Of a stretch of DNA of 64,000 nucleotides, positions 59,247-64,000 are shown in pieces; positions within the stretch are counted from its first letter, which is position 1; every line of letters begins with the position of its first letter. The stretch is from Actinomycetota bacterium. Its GTDB lineage: Bacteria > Actinomycetota > Actinomycetes > Nanopelagicales > Nanopelagicaceae. The stretch covers positions 41-64,040 of the forward strand of contig JAPLBF010000006.1 in assembly GCA_026392825.1 (NCBI GenBank), written 5' to 3'. Under the pieces are notes generated by a model. That model was given only the letters and a program-made list of their open reading frames with translations. It ran no database searches and was not told the origin of the DNA. The position numbers and the translations under genes are program-made.

Positions 59247-60521
59247 TTAAAGGCCTCCCAAACCTAGTAATTCTTCGCGCAAAACCGCCTTTTTTCGTGG
59301 TTTACCAAGCGGCTCACCAGCGGCGACCTCTGCAGCGTTAATCGCTTCCCAATGTGATTGCGAAACAAACTTTTTATCTTTGAGTAAATCACTAACATCG
59401 CCTTTATCTTTCGCTGACTTTAAATCTTCAACTAAAAGTTTCATTACATCTGATGCATCAGATTTATTGGTACCGATTACTCCAGATGGACCGCGCTTGG
59501 CCCAGCCAACAACAAAAAGATTCTCTTTGACGCGGCCATCGGTGTTTACAACTTTGCCGCTTTGGTAAGGAATGCCAGGGATGCTGGCAGCTTCATAACC
59601 GATAGCTGTAATGACAAGACCACATTTAACTGTGAATTTTTCGTCGCTTCCGGTCTTTTGGAAAACAACTTCTTCCACCTTGCCAGCGCCCTTTATTTCA
59701 ACTGGTGTCGCTAAGAACTGAAATTTCATTGTGCGGTCGTGGCTGGTGCGTTCTTTCTCGGAAATCAATAGCATCGCATCAAGATTGTTTTTGGTATCTT
59801 TTTCAATAGCATTGCCAGCGCGAGTAATTGCTGCCTTAATATCAGATTTATTAATTAGTACATTTGTGTGTTCTAGTTTGGGAAGTTCGCGAAGTTCGGG
59901 AGAGGTAAAAGCTGCGTGCTCGGGTCCACGTCGTGCACTAATTACCACTTCACGAATCGCTGATTCTTTTAGCGCATCAATTGCGTGATCTGCGGTATCT
60001 GTTGGATCTAACTCACTTGGCTCAAGAGCCAACATTCGGGCTACATCCATTGCAACATTGCCAGCGCCGATTACAACGGCGGTTTCGCAATTAAGTGGTA
60101 CATCAACACCGTGGAAATCTGGATGAGCGTTATACCAAGGTACAAATTCAGCAGCAGACAGTGAACCAGGTAGATCTTCGCCTGGAATGCCAAGCTTTTT
60201 ACCCACAGCAGAACCAGTTGCAATCACTACAGCGTCATACATATCTTGCAACTGTTCAATTGAGATATCGGTACCGAGTTCGACTCCACCGAATAAACGG
60301 AAATTTCCAGCAGTTGCTACCTTCTCGAAGACCTTAGAAACAGTCTTAATTTTTGGGTGATCTGGCGCAACTCCGCTGCGCACCAAACCCCAAGGAGTGG
60401 GAAGGCGTTCGATCATATCGATCGTAAATTGCAACTCTTCGGTCTGTAAATTCTGAAGGGCTTGCGCCGCAAAGTAGCCGGCTGGGCCTGCGCCAACGAT
60501 CGCTACTTTATAAGAAGTCAT
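59247..60521 (-). CDS. fprA: Ferredoxin-NADP+ reductase (adrenodoxin-reductase-like)
   Basis: VGAGPAG, PWGLVRSGVAPDH, GAGNVAMDVAR, GWAKRGPSGVIGTN. Confidence 0.92.
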   Translation of the reverse strand: MTSYKVAIVGAGPAGYFAAQALQNLQTEELQFTIDMIERLPTPWGLVRSGVAPDHPKIKTVSKVFEKVATAGNFRLFGGVELGTDISIEQLQDMYDAVVIATGSAVGKKLGIPGEDLPGSLSAAEFVPWYNAHPDFHGVDVPLNCETAVVIGAGNVAMDVARMLALEPSELDPTDTADHAIDALKESAIREVVISARRGPEHAAFTSPELRELPKLEHTNVLINKSDIKAAITRAGNAIEKDTKNNLDAMLLISEKERTSHDRTMKFQFLATPVEIKGAGKVEEVVFQKTGSDEKFTVKCGLVITAIGYEAASIPGIPYQSGKVVNTDGRVKENLFVVGWAKRGPSGVIGTNKSDASDVMKLLVEDLKSAKDKGDVSDLLKDKKFVSQSHWEAINAAEVAAGEPLGKPRKKAVLREELLGLGGL

Positions 60522-60550
60522 ATTTAAGTCTATTCGTACGAGATGCCATA

Positions 60551-61315
60551 CTAAAACTTTCCAATAACAAAGTTAGCAAAGTTCTTAAAGCCGCCGAACT
60601 TTCGATAATTCTTTAAGTAGAAACCGGCGCGAATCAGTGGGGCTAACGCACCGAAGACTCGCTGAAACACGCGAGCGCGCACTCGCAAATCCGGCTCTGT
60701 CCCCCAACGGCTCCCCGAACTATCTTCAGAGTGGATAGCAATCGTGATTGGCAAGAAAGTAGCTGATCCGCCGGCCTTGAGCAGATCGGTAACAAATATG
60801 TATTCATCGCCCAGGTAATTCTCCGCACCAGCGCCGAAATTCTCATCGAAGGCAACTCTTTTACTTCTTACGCTATCTACGCGCACGATCATCTCGATAG
60901 TTCCCGCTTTGGCAGAGTTAAATCGGGTTAATTTCTCTTCCTTCTTTGAATAAGCCTTACGCAGTTTCCCATCAGCATCACTCACTTGGGCAAGAACTAA
61001 ATCACAGTTCGGATTGGCCTCTAAATACGAAACCGCGGACTCTATCCCTTTTCCGATAAATTCAATGTCGTCGTCAGCAAATAATAGATACTTGGTTTTT
61101 GTACTCCCTAACACTGCATTCCGGCTCTTTGTCACACCTTTTTCACCAGTTGTTACTGAGTTAAACTCGAAATTGGTGGGTAGTTCAAATTCAATATTGC
61201 TTGGATTTTGAATAGATATAAAGATATCGTGCGGTAAATCCACTTTTGATGGCGCTATGTTTTTCACTCGATCGGCAAGAGTCGAGTAACCGATCGTAAG
61301 TAGTTTTTCTGCCAT
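60551..61315 (-). CDS. GT-A fold glycosyltransferase (GT2-like)
   Basis: GVTKSRN, LFADDD, FDENFGAG....GDEY. Confidence 0.85.
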   Translation of the reverse strand: MAEKLLTIGYSTLADRVKNIAPSKVDLPHDIFISIQNPSNIEFELPTNFEFNSVTTGEKGVTKSRNAVLGSTKTKYLLFADDDIEFIGKGIESAVSYLEANPNCDLVLAQVSDADGKLRKAYSKKEEKLTRFNSAKAGTIEMIVRVDSVRSKRVAFDENFGAGAENYLGDEYIFVTDLLKAGGSATFLPITIAIHSEDSSGSRWGTEPDLRVRARVFQRVFGALAPLIRAGFYLKNYRKFGGFKNFANFVIGKF

Positions 61316-61327
61316 TAGATTCTAGGC

Positions 61328-62098
61328 TTACTCGCTGTTTGTGCGCGCTCTTGCAAATCTCATCAAGGCAGTTGAGATATTGGAGAAATTAGAATTTTGC
61401 ATTTTTAGGCCGAAGAAAAGCACGATTGTGTTCGAGGTGCTGATTCCGCCAATATAGCTGAGATAAATCAAAACTCCCAAAAGAATCAATAGCGCAATGC
61501 CAGAAATAAGGATTCCTATTTCTCCGGATTTGATTCGTGTACCGATACGCACGGCATTGGTAATCTGCTCCTTGTTCTTTCTTGCGATTACAAAGCCGCG
61601 TTGTGCGTGGAGCTGGTTACTGAATAACTTTCCGTAGACTTGAAAAATTGCAAGCACTACTATGATATTGATAATTGCAAAATGCCAACTTAAATATGCG
61701 AAAAAAAGTATCACGACACTGAGCTGGGTGATGGTGCTAAGAATGTTTGTTAATTCAAAGGCCAGAGACCAGCGCCAATTTTCCTTTGCGGTGGGAACTT
61801 CAGCGTTTGAAGCCTTAAACGCATTATCAAAGAATCTAACCTTATAAACACGCTGGAGAAAATGCCCCGCTTTGGTGATTCCAAAAAATAGGAAAAACAC
61901 AATCACTAAAATAATTAATTGTGTGCTACTCATAGTTTTTTCAAAGCCAATTATCTTCGTGAATAACTTTGCAACTGCGAGTTCGGAGACAGAAATCATG
62001 GCGGCAATGAGAACTAACCCTAAAAGAATGAATCGATGTCTAGTTGTTGTGAATAAAGCCTTGACGGCATATATCAACTCTTTGGCCACTATCAGCAT
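61328..62098 (-). CDS. Multi-pass membrane protein resembling an isolated ABC exporter transmembrane domain
   Basis: 5-6 TM helices separated by long cytoplasmic helices; no nucleotide-binding domain. Confidence 0.55.
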   Translation of the reverse strand: MLIVAKELIYAVKALFTTTRHRFILLGLVLIAAMISVSELAVAKLFTKIIGFEKTMSSTQLIILVIVFFLFFGITKAGHFLQRVYKVRFFDNAFKASNAEVPTAKENWRWSLAFELTNILSTITQLSVVILFFAYLSWHFAIINIIVVLAIFQVYGKLFSNQLHAQRGFVIARKNKEQITNAVRIGTRIKSGEIGILISGIALLILLGVLIYLSYIGGISTSNTIVLFFGLKMQNSNFSNISTALMRFARARTNSE

Positions 62099-62266
62099 TA
62101 CTTAATTATTCCTCAATTTGTAAGAGGATACAATTTCAGCTTTACGTCCCGTAGTTATAGAAACCACAATATCTATAGGCGTTTGCGGAACGATATTTAC
62201 CTTCATAAGAGGTAATCTATCGTGCTGAAGCATCACTTAAGCGGCAGTTAGGTCGAGAAGGTAGAT

Positions 62267-64000
62267 ATGGCGAACCAAGTCGTAACAAACGCAATCGTTT
62301 GCTCCTTTTATACAGGCGATGAATATTACAAGGGCCACGCCGCCAGACTTAAGGCTAATCTCGAATCACTTGGTATTCCTTATGAATTACGTGAGATCGC
62401 AAAGCAACCGGGTGATGATTGGGCAGATATTTGCCGTAAGAAAGTTGGATTTATCGCGGAAGTTTGTGCCACTAATCCCGATAAGAAAGTTTTCTGGATA
62501 GATGTTGACTGCGAAATTTTCTCTCTGCCAGATTTCGTTCTCAACTCAACCGCAGATGTAATTGGATTCCAACGCGGATTTAGCACTCCCTCAAGTATCG
62601 GCTATGAAAACCGAAGCCGTTTTTGGGAACCCTGCTTCTGGGGGATTAATACAACTGCGCCGGCAAGGCAGATGGTTGCCGCGGCCGCAGAATTTGAAGC
62701 GGTAGCAACAGTTAAGGCGACAGATGACTTCTTCTTTGAGGCCGCTTGGCGAGCTGTTTCGCCACTTATGACCTTCCAAATTATCCCTTCAAATTGCGCC
62801 GTTGATAAAGGTAAGGGTTCTCTTGAAGGCCATGAAGCGTTCTTTAGATTTGGATCTAGCGGACAAGTAGATAACTTCAAGAAAAAGGTTCAGCAACATA
62901 AAGGAAAAAGAAAAAGGAAGCTTGGGCCAAAGCGCCGAATTCTAGAATTCGCCAAGATGGTAGAAGAAAAACTGCCGGAAGACTTAACGGCTAAAACGCG
63001 CTCACTAGTAGATGCGTCAGGAATAACAGGATTTTTGACTAGTAAGAAACACAATGATTTAAGCAGTAAGCTTGTTGCACATATTCTTGCCGCCGGAAAA
63101 TCTGGGAATGCAGAAAAATTTAATAAATCGATCACACTCTTGCAGAGCACTTCATTGCCGAATAAAAATGAAAGTGCTGCTATTAAGGCGGCTTCGACCT
63201 TCTTGAGTTATTCATCCAAACCGGACACTAAGAAGATTTATCTCTCATGGTGGGAAAATCCATACCCAGGTAACTATGGTGACTGGCTCACACCCTACAT
63301 TTTTAGCCATTACACGAGCAGCAGAATCTTCTTCCACAATTTAACGAGCCGCTCGACTAAAAAACATATCGTTAGTCTCGGATCTGTAGGTCGATTTATA
63401 AAAGGTAACTCTGTTGTGGTTGGCACTGGAGTGAGCTCATTCAAACACGCTCTCAATCCAAAGGCGGATTACATCTCGGTGCGAGGTCCACATACCGCTG
63501 ATTTGCTTGTTCAATCAGGCGGACCAAAAGTCGAAAACTTTGGCGATCCAGGAGTAGTGCTCTCTAGAATTTTGCCACTAACCCGAGGTGCAACGAACGG
63601 AAGAGTCGCTCTTGTGCGCCACTACACGCATCTGCAAGCGCCTGTAATCCTGCCAAATAACTTTGACGAGTTGTCCGTCCAACTTTCGCATCCCGATGAC
63701 ATCGTCGCCTTCATTAAGAAACTTAATGAATATGACAGTGTTGTAACGAGTGCCATGCACGTACTAATCACTTGTCAGAGTTACGGAATTCCTTGTGCGC
63801 TCGTAGTATTTAAAGGATTTGAAGAATATGTGCACGGAGATGGCATTAAATACATTGATTACGCTTTAGGTGCAGGCGTAAAGGCAATTAGCCCAACACC
63901 TATAGATCCAAAGTTGGATTGGAATGAGATAAAACCGCTAATTGAAACAATCCAAGTATCAGATTCGAAAATTGCAGAAGTCGAAGCAGCAATCAAAGAA
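62267..64000 (+). CDS. Fusion: N-terminal DxD glycosyltransferase-like domain + C-terminal polysaccharide pyruvyltransferase-like domain (runs off right edge)
   Basis: Not in track; manual translation is open from ATG 62267 to the window end (578 codons): CSFYT...KKVGFI...FWIDVD; then GNYGDWL, LGSV, GTG, SVRGPHT, GDPG, VVTSAMH..ITCQSYGIP. Confidence 0.85.
   Translation, partial: MANQVVTNAIVCSFYTGDEYYKGHAARLKANLESLGIPYELREIAKQPGDDWADICRKKVGFIAEVCATNPDKKVFWIDVDCEIFSLPDFVLNSTADVIGFQRGFSTPSSIGYENRSRFWEPCFWGINTTAPARQMVAAAAEFEAVATVKATDDFFFEAAWRAVSPLMTFQIIPSNCAVDKGKGSLEGHEAFFRFGSSGQVDNFKKKVQQHKGKRKRKLGPKRRILEFAKMVEEKLPEDLTAKTRSLVDASGITGFLTSKKHNDLSSKLVAHILAAGKSGNAEKFNKSITLLQSTSLPNKNESAAIKAASTFLSYSSKPDTKKIYLSWWENPYPGNYGDWLTPYIFSHYTSSRIFFHNLTSRSTKKHIVSLGSVGRFIKGNSVVVGTGVSSFKHALNPKADYISVRGPHTADLLVQSGGPKVENFGDPGVVLSRILPLTRGATNGRVALVRHYTHLQAPVILPNNFDELSVQLSHPDDIVAFIKKLNEYDSVVTSAMHVLITCQSYGIPCALVVFKGFEEYVHGDGIKYIDYALGAGVKAISPTPIDPKLDWNEIKPLIETIQVSDSKIAEVEAAIKE

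Overview
A gene-dense 64-kb chromosomal segment of a streamlined actinobacterium. Gene order, short or overlapping spacers and frequent leaderless starts suggest the freshwater acI/Nanopelagicales (Ca. Planktophila-like) lineage; that assignment is inference. Positions 1-35 kb are mostly core genes: a contiguous purine cluster (purF-SCP-purL-purQ-purS-purC-purB-purD-purA-fbaA), the acs-nth-crp block, asd-ask, recR-dnaX-SRP RNA-tRNA-Ser, gabD, a KimA-like transporter, tadA, upp, malic enzyme, an ABC-F protein and kynU-kynA. Positions ~36.8-58.1 kb form a carbohydrate region with no local regulator. It holds an apnO/TIM-barrel/SDR/apnL (D-apionate catabolism-like) operon, an FrcBCA-like ABC importer, araBD, rbsDK, an aldolase/Gfo/cupin/FGGY set, a GMC oxidoreductase, an atypical AroE paralog and iolE/iolG. 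Next come tRNA-Arg(ACG), fprA and the start of a surface-glycan locus. Best leads: (1) an apiose/apionate pathway lacking the known downstream enzymes in this window; (2) an unannotated 32-aa hydrophobic ORF with a structured leader between fbaA and acs, resembling type I toxins; (3) a structured ~84-nt leader ahead of a non-HemL class III aminotransferase; (4) self-overlapping bidirectional -10 elements at divergent gene pairs. No CRISPR array, integrase or transposase was seen. All family calls are by motif recognition, not database search.
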